This document shows, one piece after another, positions 50,991 to 62,114 of a stretch of DNA of 64,000 bases; within the stretch, counting starts at the first letter, position 1, and each line of letters begins with the position of its first letter. The notes under the pieces were generated by a model. That model had not been told where the DNA came from. It did not search any database and saw nothing but the letters and a program-made list of their open reading frames with translations. The position numbers were made by a program, and so were the translations under genes. This DNA comes from Mobula hypostoma (lineage: Eukaryota): positions 255,628,001-255,692,000 of the forward strand of contig NC_086097.1 in NCBI RefSeq assembly GCF_963921235.1. Direction: 5' to 3'.

Positions 50991-51424
50991 TACTAATTCT
51001 GAAGTATTATTTGCCTTTAATGTGAAAATCCTATTGGCCATGAATACCTGTGTCACTGTAGTGTGACTGATGATTGATCATGCAAATAAGGAATTTGAAT
51101 ATACACAAGGTTACCGTATCCAAGTAGTCAATTCTGCACAAAAATGGCATTTGTTCGAACGTCAGAACAGCGTGGTGACAGGGGTCATGCTGTTCTTCTT
51201 TTACACGAAGTTCAAAATACATTTATTAGCAAAGTATGTATATAGCCTTATGATTCATCTTCTTGCAGTCATAAAACAACTAACAGCCATAGAACCTGTT
51301 TAAAGAAAACCCCACACAAGACCATCAAACTTGCGAAAGAACAAATCACACAAACAACAAACAGCGAACAACGGACAGATCACTAGGCACCGAGTCCCCA
51401 AAAGTGAGTCCACAGCCTCAAGTC

Positions 51425-52218
51425 ACCTAGGTAAATGCGAGATTTGGAAGGAATAATAGAAGAGCAGATATTATTTAAATGGTGAAAGGTTGCAGCATGA
51501 CTTGGGAGTGTTTATGCATGAATCACAAAAAGTTGGCTTGCAGGTACAACAGGTTATTAAGACGACAAACAGAATGTTGGCCTTCATTGCGAGAGGGATT
51601 GAATTCAAGAGCAGGGAGGTCATTCTGTAAATATACAGGGTACTGGTGAGGCCGCACCTGAAGTACTGTGTGCAGTTCTGGTCTCCATACTTGAGGAAGG
51701 ATATACTGGCTTTGGAGGCAGTGCAGAGGAGGTTCACCAGGTTGACTCCAGAGATGAAGGGGTTAACCTATCAGGAGAGATTGAGTCGCCTGGGACTATA
51801 CTCTCTGGAGTTCAGAAGAATGAGAGGGGATCTTATAAAAACATACAAAATTTTGAAAGTGAGATAAGATAGCAGTAGGAAAGTTGTTTCCATTGGTAGG
51901 TAAGACTAGAACTAGGGGACATTGCCTCAAGATTCAGGGGAGAAGATTTCGGGCAGAGATGAGGAGAAACTGTTTTTCTCAGAGACTGGTAAATCTGTGG
52001 AATTCTCTGCCCAGGGAAGCAGTTGAGGTTTCTTCACTAAATATATTTAAGAAACAGTTAAGATAGCTTTTTAATAATAAGGGAATTAAGGGTTATGGGG
52101 GAAAGACAAGTAGATGGAGCTGAGTTTACGGACAGATCAGACATGATCTTATTGAATGGCGGGGCAGGCTCGATGGGCCAGATGGCCTACTCCTGCTCCT
52201 AGTTCTTATGTTCTATGT
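51425..52218 (+). mobile_element. CR1 3' fragment (same family as 7098-7405 and 31570-32135)
   Basis: RPHLKYCVQFWSP...; tail CCTACTCCTGCTCCTAGTTCTTATG. Confidence 0.85.
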
Positions 52219-53268
52219 AGGCGAGTGAAGTTGGTGCAGCCACTGAGTCAATCAGTTCAGTGCTCCGTCGATGGCTGCAGGCCACAGCTCCAAAGTGCCT
52301 CAATCAAATCTCTCAAATAAAGTGCATTCAGCGCTGAGGACATTAAACATCAAACCACAGCCGAAAGTGAGTCCACATCCACAAACTGCCGAGGAGATCA
52401 AACCAAGCAGCACAGGACCCAAGACTCTTGCACTTTGCGCCGGCAGCAGCAAGAGGGATACGAGTCAAACTCAGGCAGATGGCACTGAACACCATTCGCT
52501 TTCCACTCTCATCCTTGTCGATTTTAATCTTGCTCAATGCTTCAGTTGGCACAGAGTAACACAACTGACGACAGGTTTGCACTCCACCCTCAGGAATAAA
52601 CACAGCCACCCCCAGGGTCAGCCAGGAGATCTCAGAAGCGCCAGATTGCTCAGACAGCCAAAAAATTACATTTGTAAAAGGGAATTAAAGGGGAGTTTTC
52701 TTCCTTAACCTTGAGTTGTGGGTAGATCTACAATGCTATCTACACTCTGTTACAGAAAGTGGTCCAGGATTTTGACCTAGTGAAGAATGGGAATGTATTC
52801 CCAGGCCCGGTTGGTGTGTGGCTTGGAAGGTAACTTCCCATGGTTTTGCTGCCCTTGTCTTTCTGTTGTTTACTGTGGTTGTAAAGTGCTGACTGAGCAG
52901 TAATACATAGAACAGTACCGCATAGCACCAGCCCTTCAGCCACAATGGTTTGCCGACATTTTCAAAAGATTCAAAGTTCAAAGTACGCATGCCTGAGATT
53001 TGTCTTCTCACAGACAACCACAAAACAAAGAAAATCATGGAACCCAAAGGAAAAAAAATCAAACCCTGATGCACAAAAAAACATGCAAACAAAAAAAAAC
53101 AAGCAAAAAACACAAAATACAAAGTCTAATCAAAACAGTGCAGGACTATTCAGTTCAGTTCAATCTAGCACCGTGTCTTTCATTGACTGCAGGAATATTC
53201 CGTTCAGACTGCAGGGATATTCCGTTCAGTTCAATCTAGCACTGTGTCTTTCATTGACTGCAGGAATA

Positions 53269-56200
53269 CAGGTTTCCCCCGCTATCCGAAGGTACAGCGT
53301 TCCTATGAAACAGCTCGTAAGCCGGAATGTCGTAAAGTGAATAAGCAATTACCATTTATTAATATGGGAAAAATTTTTGAGCGTTCCCAGGCCCAAAAAA
53401 TAACCTACAAAATCATGCCAAATAACACATAAAACCTAAAATAACTGTTACGTATACTAAAAGCAGGAATGATATGATAAATAGTAAAAGCTTCTTTAGG
53501 TATGTGAAAAGGAAAAAAATAGTTAAGACCAAAATTGTGCCCTTGAAGACAGAAGCGGGTGAATTTATTATGGGGAACAAGGAAATGGCAGACGAGTTGA
53601 ACAGGTACTTTGGATCTGTCTTCACTAGGGAAGACACAAACAATCTCCCAGATGTAACAGTGGCCAAAAGACCTAGGGTAATGGATGAATTGAAGGAAAT
53701 TTATATTAGGCAGGAAATGGTGTTGGATAGGCTGCTGGGTCTGAAGGCTGATAAGTCCCCAGGACCTGATGGTCTGCATCCCAGGGTACTTAAGGAGGTG
53801 GCTTTAGAAATCGTGGACGCATTGGTAATCATTTTCCAATATTCTATAGATCCAGGATCAGTTCCTGTGGATTGGAGGGTGGCTTATGTTGTCCCTCTCT
53901 TCGAGAAGGGAGGAAGAGAGAAAACAGGGAATTATAGACCGGTTAGCCTGACGTCGGTGGTGGGAAATATGCTGGAGTCAATTATAAAAGATGAAATTAC
54001 GACATATCTGAATAGCAGTAACAGGATTGGTCTGAGTCAGCATGGATTTACGAAGGGGAAATCATGCTTGACTAATCTTCTGGAATTTTTTGAGGATGCA
54101 ACTATGAAAATGGACAAGGGAGAGCCAGTGGATATACTGTACCTGGACTTTCAGAAAGCCTTTGATAAAGTCCCACATAGGAGATTAGTGGGCAAAATTA
54201 GGGCACATGGTATTGGGGGCAGAGTACTGACATGGATTGAAAATTGGCTGGCTGACAGAAAACAAAGAGTAGCGATTAATGGGTCCCTTTCGGAATGGCA
54301 GGCGGAGACCAGTGGGGTACTGCAGGGTTCAGTGCTGGGACCACAGCTGTTTACAGTATATATTAATGATTTAGATGAGGGAATTAAAAGTAGCATTAGC
54401 AAATTTGCCGATGACACAAAGCTGGGAGGCAGTGTGAAATGTGAGGAGGATGTTATGAGAATGCAGGGTGACTTGGACAGGCTGGGTGAGTGGGCAGATG
54501 CAGTTTAATGTGGATAAGTGTGAGGTTATCCACTTTGGTGGTAAGAACGGGAAGGCAGATTATCTAAATGGAGTCAAGTTAGGAAAAGGGGAAGCACAAC
54601 GAGAGCTAGGTGTTCTTGTACATCAGTCAATGAAAGCAAGTATGCAAGTACAGCAGGCAGTGAAAAAAAGCTAATGGCATTCTGGCCTTCATAACAAGGG
54701 GAATGGAGTATAAGAGCAAAGAGGCCCTTCTGCAGCTGTACAGGGCCCTGGTGAGACCACACCTGGAGTACTGTGTGCAGTTTTGGTCTCCAGATTTGAG
54801 GAAGGACATTCTTGCTATTGAGGGAGTGCAGCGTAGGTTCACAAGGTTAATTCCTGTGATGGCGGGACTGTCATATTTCGAAAGATTGGAGCAACTGGAC
54901 TTGTATACACTGGAATTTAGAAGGCTGAGAGGGATCTTATTGAAACATATAAGATTATTAAGGGATTGGACACGCTGCAGGCAGGAAGCATGTTCCCGCT
55001 GATGGGTGAGTCCAGAGCCAGAGGCCACAGTTCAAGAATAAGGGGTAAGCTATTTAGAACGGCGTTGAGGAAAAACTTTTTCACTCAGAGGGTGGTGAAT
55101 ATATGGAATGCTCTGCCCCAGAAGGTTGTGGAGGCCAAGTCTCTGGATGCTTTCAAAAAAAAGGGATGGATAAAGCTCTTAACAATAGTGGAATCAAAGG
55201 TTATGGGGATAAGGCAGGAACTGGGTACTGATTGTGGATGATCAGCCATGATCACAGTGAATGGCGGTGCTGGCTCAGAGGGCCAAATGGCCTACTCCTG
55301 CACCTACTGTCTATCGTCTATTATTGTCTATTACACAGCCTATATAAAGTAGAAATACTTTCCTGCAGCACTGTATAGCACAGCGAAAATCTCACGGCAG
55401 CAGTCTCAGCGGAAGTGCTCTCAGCAGAAATACGGCACAAGCACTCTCAGCTGAAACACTCTCCCCAGTAACCTTTAAGCTATGAAGCTGCCAAATCATA
55501 CCAAATAACACATAAAAATACACAGCCTATATAAAGTAGAAATAATGTATGTACAGGTAGTTTCACTTACTGGAATCGGGAAGACTCCAATAAATTGCAG
55601 TTTCGTCACAGTTAAACACTTGCTTATACGAATAACCACCTTCTGTAATTATTTTCTTCAGTTCTGCTGGGAACTTTTCGGCAGTTTCAGTATCAGCCGA
55701 AGCACTCTCTCCAGTAAACATTAAACTATGAAGCTGCCCTCGCCTCAGAAACTGATCAAACCACCATGACTACCTTTAAATTCCACTTTCACAACACTTT
55801 CATCACCATCGTCCAGTGCTTTCTGTTTCAGCTTATCAAAAAGACTGACTGATTTCTCCTTAAGTATAAGAAAACTTAACGGAACACCATGCTTTGTTCA
55901 CCCATCAATCCACTCAAACAATAGACTTTCCATTTTATCTATTATTGGATGCCGACTAAGAGAGACCACTTTGCTACGAGCAGAACCAACAGTAACATCG
56001 GCAGCTTTCAAAATTCTTTCTCTGCGTATAAATAGTGCGAATGGTGGATGCAGGCAAGTTCAACGCATGGACAATGTCCTTACTTCGTTCACCACGATCG
56101 AAACGCTTAATTATGTCTAGTTTTACGCTAAGTGTAACACACTTACAAGTTCTTTTAGGCTTTTCCGATACTTTAGAACTCATCTTGCTAATGGATGCAC

Positions 56201-56403
56201 AAAATAAATCAAGATAAAGCACGTGTTTAAGCAATGGCGGTTAGAATGCAGTTCCGGGGAAGGAGCTTGGCTGCTTGGGGCGCACGCTGCCTTTTATCGT
56301 AACAGTGAAAACACCTTCTGTTAGTGAAAACAGGTAACTAATGTAGGTCTTTCACAACAGCGAGGCATCTTAAAGCGAACGTTTGGAAAACAGGGGCCAC
56401 CTG
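53269..56403 (-). mobile_element. Second Tigger/pogo-like copy, same family
   Basis: TA TSDs (53267-53268, 56404-56405), same TIRs. CENP-B-type HTH remnant (KLDIIKRFDRGERSKDIVHALNLPASTIRTI). Confidence 0.88.
53484..55332 (+). mobile_element. CR1 LINE (related to family A) nested in a Tigger element
   Basis: RT ORF 53474-54508 and frameshifted continuation; (CTATTGT)n-like tail. Tigger sequence resumes at ACACAGCCTAT. Confidence 0.9.
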
Positions 56404-58278
56404 TATTCAGTTCAGACTGCAGGAATATTCAGTTCAATCAGCACCGTGTCTTTCATTGACTGCAGACCGCAGAGCCAGTCAAGCTACTCCTGAATCAATC
56501 TCATGCTTCCATCCTACATAAACTTACTTTTTTTTTTAAAGCTTCCATGTGCCTATCTAAGTTTCTCGAATGCCCCTAATTTCATTACCTCTACCACCAC
56601 CCCTGGTAGGGCATTCCATGCCCCCCACCATTCTATATACAGGACTTGCCTTTGACAAACCCCCCCCCGCCCCATACTTTTCTCCAATGACCTTAAAATG
56701 ATGTCCCCTGGTATTAGCCATTTCCAGTTTGAAATTTCCAGTCCATTTCCAGTCTGGCTATCCACTCGATCTGTTCCTCTTACCTTCTACACCTCTATCA
56801 AGTTGCCGCTTATCCTCTTTTGCTCCAAAGAGAAAAGCCCTAGATCTTCAACCTATCTTCGAAAGATATGCTCTCCAATCCAGGCGGCATCCCAGTAAAT
56901 CTCCTCCGCACCCTCTCTAAAGCTTCCGCATCCTTTCTATACTGAGGTGACCTGAACTGAATACAATATCCCAAGAGTGGTCTAAACTATGTTTTATACA
57001 GCTGCAACACTACCTCACAACTCTTGACACCTGACTAATGAAGGACAATGCACCATATGCCTTCTGACAACCCTATCAACTTGTATGGCAACTTTGTGGG
57101 ATCTATACACATGAACCCCAAGATCCCTGTTTCTCCAAACTGCAAAGAATCTTGCCATAATCCCACACTCAACCAAATTCAACCTTCTAAAGTGTTTCAC
57201 TTCACATTTTTCTGGATTGAACACCATCTCCCACTTCTCCATCCAGCTCTGCACCCTGTGGACAAAATGGCAGCTGGAGTCTAAACCCAGCCAAATGTGT
57301 ATGTAATGTTACACCTTGTGAGATCAAATGTAAAGAGACAGTACACTTATTGGCAGATCCTTAACCGCATTGATGAGCAGGAGAAGCTTGCCCTCCAAGT
57401 TCAGAGCTCCCTGAAAGTGGCTGCACAGGCTGACAGGGTAAGGGCAGCTTATGGAATGCTTGCCTTCATTAGTCAAGGAACCGAGTTCAAAATTCAACAA
57501 GTTATGTGCAGCTTTATAAAAATCTGAAGTATTGCATTAAGTATTGTATTACTGCAAGTAAGATGGAAAAGATCCTGTGAGGCAGGATTTATGAACATTT
57601 GGAGAAGCAGCCCATGCCTTACAAGCCTGGTTGAATTTTTTTTGAGGATGCAACTGAACACATTGAAGGTACAACAGTAGATGTGGTGTATATGGACACC
57701 CCATACAAGGCTTATTGAGAAAGTAAGGAGGCATGGGATCCAAGGAGACATTGCTTTGTGGATCCAGAACTGGCTTGCCCACAGAAGGCAAAGAGCAGTT
57801 GCAGATGGGTCATATTCTGCATGGAGGTCGGTGACCAGTGGTGTGCCTCAGGGATCTCTTCTGGGATCCCTACTCCTTGTGATTTTTGTAAATGACCTTG
57901 ATGAGGAAGTGGAGGGATAGGATAGTAAATTTGCTGATGACACAAAGGTTGGGGGTGTTGTGGATAGTGTGGTGGGCTGTCAGAGGTTACAGCGAGACAG
58001 TGACAGGACGCAAAACTGGGCTGTGAAGTGGCAAATGGAGTTCAACCCAGATTAAGTGTGGGGTGGTTCATTTTGGTAGGTCAAATATGATGGCAGAATA
58101 TAATATTAATGGTAAGACTCTTGGCAGTGTGGAGGATCACAGGAATCTTGGGGTCCAAATCCATAGGATACTCAAAGCAGCTGCGCAGGTTGACTCTGTG
58201 GTTAAGGCAACATACAGTGCATTGGCCTTCATCAATCATGGGATTGAGTTTAGGAGTTAATGTTGCAGCTATATAGGA

Positions 58279-59415
58279 AACACAAAATAATCTGCAGATG
58301 CTGGGGTCAAAGCAACACTCACAACACACAGGAGGAACTCAGCAGGTCGGGCAGCATCAGTGGAAAAGAGCGGACGACGTTTCGGGCCTCGTCAGGACTG
58401 TAGGGGGAAGGGGCAGAGGCCCTATAAAGAAGGTGGGGGGGAAGGTGGGAAGGAGAAGGCTGGTAGGTTCCAGGAGAAAAACCAGTAAGGGGAAAGATAA
58501 AGGGGTGGGGGAAGGGAGGCGGGGAGGTGATAGGCAGGAAAGGTTAGGGGAAAACACAATGGGTAGTAGAAGGAGGCAGAACCAAGAGGGAGGAGGTAGG
58601 CAGCTGGGGGAGGGGGCAGAGTGACTTAGGGATAGGAGAAGGGAGGGCGAGGGAATTACCAGAAGTTGGAGAATTCTATGCTACACCTGTCCCTACACCT
58701 CCTCTCTTGCCACCATTCAGGGCCCCAAACAGTACTTCCAAGTGAGGCAACACTTCACTTGTGAGTCTGTTGGGGTCACCTATTGCATCCGGTGCGGCCT
58801 CCTCTACATCGGTGAAACTTGACGCAGATTGGGGGACCACTTTGTCGAGCACCTCCGCTCCATCCACCAAAACAGACAGGATCTCCCAGTAGCCACCCAC
58901 TTCAACTCTGCTTCCCACTCCCATTCAGATATGTCCATACACGGCCTCCTCTACTGCCATGATGAGACTAAACTCAGGTTGGAGGAGCAACACCTCATAT
59001 ACCGTCTAGGTAGTCTCCAGCTCCTTGGTATGAACTTAGAATTCTCCAACTTCCGGTAATTCCTTCCCCCTCCCTTCCCCCATCCCTATGTCACTCGGCC
59101 CCCTCCCCCAGCTGCCTATCTCCTCCCTCTTGGTTCCGCCTCCTTCTACTACCCATTGTGTTTTCCCCTATTCTTTCTTCACCTTTCCTGCCTATCACTC
59201 CCTGCTTCCCTTCCCCCACCCCTTTATCTTTCCCCTTACTGGTTTTTCACCTGGAACCTACCAGCCTTCTCCTTCCCACCCTCCCCCCACCTTCTTTATA
59301 GGGCCTCTGCCCCTTCCCCCTACAGTCCTGACGAAGGGTTCCAGCCCGAAACGTTGACCAATCTTTTACACTGATGCTGCCCAACCTGCTGAGTTCCTCC
59401 AGTGTGTTGTGAGCA
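58279..59415. mobile_element. Penelope-like element fragment with GIY-YIG remnant, fold-back structure
   Basis: Plus strand 58681-59059 encodes VTYCIRC..LLYIGET*RRLGDHFVEHLRSI...MNLEFSNFR*. Its 3' UTR/pLTR is repeated inverted at 58279-58680. TSD AGC(T/A)ATATAGGA. Confidence 0.88.
59325..59358 (+). ncRNA. Hammerhead motif in the pLTR downstream of the GIY-YIG ORF
   Basis: GUC-CUGACGA-A-GGGUUCCAGCCC-GAAA-C-GUU/GAC. Helix II sequence differs from the other copies but still pairs. Confidence 0.7.
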
Positions 59416-60699
59416 ATATAGGACCCTGGTCAGACCCCACTTGGAGTTCTGGTTGCCTCACTCCAGGAAGGATGTGGAAACCATAGAAAGGGTGCAGAGG
59501 AGATTTACAAGGATGTTGCCTTGATTGGGGGTCATGCCTTATGAGAACAGGTTGAGCGAACTCGGCCTTTTCTCCTTTGAGCAGCGGAGGATGAGCGGTG
59601 ACCTGACAGAGGTGTATAAGATGATGAGAGGCATTGATCGTGTGAACAGCCAGAGGCTTTTTCTCAGGGCTGAAATGGCTAACACGAAAGGGCACGGTTT
59701 TAAGGTGCTTGGCAGTAGGTACAGAGGAGATGTCAGGGGCAAGTTTGTTTTTTTTTAATTAAACACAGAGTGGTGAGTGTGTGGAATGGGCTGCCGGCAA
59801 CAGTCGTGGATGCAGATATGATAGGGTCTTTTAAGAGACTCTTGGATAGGTACATGGAGCTACGAAAAATAGAGGGCTATGGGTAACCCTAGGTAATTTC
59901 TAAAGTAAGGACATGTTCGGCACAGCTTTGCGGGCTGAAGGGCCTGTATTGTGCTGTAGATTTTCTATGTTTCTAAGTCTGGACACCCCATCGTAAGAAG
60001 AGTATGGAGGCTTTCAAAAGGGTACAAAAGAGATTTATCAATGCTGTCAGGATTATTGCAAACATCCTCTATGATCAATTGTATCTGCACCTTTCAACAT
60101 GTACCTGTTACACCAACCTAACCATCAAGGACTTCTGAGGCAAGCAACCTTCAGCACTGTGGATTAAAACTAATAGCAATATATTCCTCAATCCTACGTT
60201 TTGGGAAGTGGCATCATAAACCAAAGGGGGGGGGGGGCACAATCAACATCTGCCCTTCCAATACAGTAACAGCCCAAGGTCTGATTTGTGGGCAGGCATG
60301 CCTACCCAGTACACCAGTTGCCACTGGGTCTCACTTGTGGAGACCATTGTGCCCACCGGACCAGCAGCCCTTAAGCTTGCATTCAGGGACCAGTATGCCC
60401 AACACAGAAGCAGCCCTCAGCAACCAGTCAGTGTGCCCACACTGCCTAGTTCACCAGCAGCACTCTGATCTGACTTCTGGACTAGTGTGTTCACCACTGG
60501 TGCAGTACAGCAATAGGCCTCGGGTCCAGCGCTCTCAGACCAATGTCCCCACACACTTTTTCAGGACACAAGTAGCTCTCCCGCCACTCCATTAAACAAA
60601 TCAACGGCCCCAGTGCCAACACCTGCAGAAAGAGACCAGCAGCCGCAACGATAACCAGGAGCAATTCAACCGTAGACCAAAACACCATCAAAACCCACT

Positions 60700-61090
60700 G
60701 TGCCCACCCCAGGACACCAACACGACCCGCGACATAGGGCGCCATTTGAACGAAGGCCATAGACGAAACTCCTTTGGCCAAGGGACACTTACCTTCTTAT
60801 AGCTCTTGCCGAGCCAGAGCCGGAGGCCCTCGAACTGCGCCACGGTGTCAGTCGACTCCAGAAACCGTACATTGGGTCCACCGTCCTTCTTACGCGTCAC
60901 GACCGCCGCCGCCATTCCTCCAGAAGAACGGAAACAAAGCAACAACGCGCAACTTTATTGTTCCCGCACAGCGCAGGCGCACCATGGGGTCTGAGCTGGT
61001 CGGCATGTAGCCGCATGCGCAGTGGCAGCTGGGGCTCAGACCGAGCGCCTCAGATCCCAGCGTCTGCAGTTTATTCTGTGAATAAACATC
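60700..61090 (-). promoter_or_regulatory. CpG-rich promoter / first-exon region of SMARCC1
   Basis: Dense CpG relative to the rest of the window. NRF1-like GCGCAGGCGCA (60971-60981) and CGCATGCGCA (61012-61021). YY1-like CGCCAT at the start codon and near 60740. TSS not determinable. Confidence 0.65.
60793..60915 (-). CDS. SMARCC1: SMARCC1 (BAF155) coding exon 1, [41 protein letters not shown]
   Basis: ATG at 60915 in GGAGGAATGGCG context. The peptide matches the SMARCC1/2 N-terminus (RKKDGGP...LWLGK.YKK). Donor AAG|GTAAGT at 60792. Confidence 0.9.
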
Positions 61091-61544
61091 CTAGAATCAG
61101 AATCAGATTTAATATTACCTCCGTATGCTTACGCAGCCGCCTGTGGGAATTCATCGCCCTCTGGCCCAGAGAAATTTCACCGCATCTGTTTTAAATGGAC
61201 GCGCCTCTACACTGTTCGTTCTGTCCTTGTCCATCCCTCAGCGCGCTCACTTGCCTGTACTGTATGCAATGTTCGGACTCTGCTGCCTGTACTCTCCAGT
61301 CTACACTGTTTCGATTGTAATCCCCTGCCTGTAGGTCCTAGTCTGTACCGTCCTGCCAATACTCCATTGTCAAGACCAGGAGACATAGGAGCAGAATTAG
61401 GCCGTTTGCTCCGCCATTCAATCGTGAATGATCCTCTTTTCCCTTACTCAGCCCCGCTATCCGGCCTTTTTCCCGTAACCTTTGATGCCGTGTCCAATGA
61501 TAAGACCATAAACTATAGGAGCAGAAGTAGGCCATTCGGCCCAT

Positions 61545-62113
61545 AATTATATTCCAATCATTATAGAGGGATCAGAAGTGGAGAGAGTGAGCAGCTTCAA
61601 GTTCCTCAGTGTCAAAATCTCTGCGGATCTAACCTGGTCCCAACATATCAAAAACAACAGGAATTCTGCAGATGCTGGAAATTCAAGCAACACGCATCAA
61701 TGTTGCTGGTGAACGCAGCGGGCCAGGCAGCATCCCTAGGAAGAGGTGCAGTCGACGTTTCAGGCCGAGACCCTGTCCATTATTAAGGACCCCCAGCACC
61801 AAGGGCATGCCCTTTTCTCACTGTTACCATCAGGTAGTAGATACAGAAGCCTGAAGGCACACACTCAGTGATTCAGGAACAGCTTCTTCCCCTCTGCCAG
61901 CTGATTCCTAAATGGATATGCAAGCTTTGGACACTACCTCACTTTTTTTTAATACAGTATTTCTGTTTCTGTACATTTTTAAAAATCTATTCAATACATG
62001 TAATTGATTTATTTGTTTATTTAATTATGGTTTTTTTTTGAACTGCTGCTGCTAAGTTAACAAATCTCACGTCACATGCCGGTGATAATAAACCTGATTC
62101 TGATTCTGATTCA
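61545..62113 (+). mobile_element. Rex1/Babar fragment with PLE-derived insert (about 61650-61774)
   Basis: EVERVSSFKFL remnant; (GATTCT)n tail. Confidence 0.7.
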
Positions 62114-62114
62114 G

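Larger units (their letters stand above)
53135..56465 (+). repeat. About 70-bp tandem repeat (about 3 units) split by the Tigger at a TA
   Basis: Unit CAGTTCAATCTAGCACCGTGTCTTTCATTGACTGCAGGAATATTCCGTTCAGACTGCAGG at 53135-53268 and 56404-56465. Confidence 0.75.
56500..59975. mobile_element. CR1 fragments in both orientations; the plus-strand family B copy is split by an inverted PLE (58279-59415)
   Basis: CR1 RT motifs. GCTATATAGGA|CCCTGGTCAGACCCC continuity across the PLE. Confidence 0.8.

Noticed and set aside
53135..56465. Repeat-spacer-like array resembling CRISPR
   Set aside because: The units repeat in full with no unique spacers, there are no cas genes, and the context is a eukaryotic intron.
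3457..60915. Calling the gene SMARCC2
   Set aside because: Exon 1 is SMARCC2-like, but most diagnostic residues in exons 2-9 (EDAFG, AKCF, RRFDLQ, KTLVQ, EKSKASH, PPIPE.PWK, DEN.KPVS) match SMARCC1. Not formally excluded without a tree.
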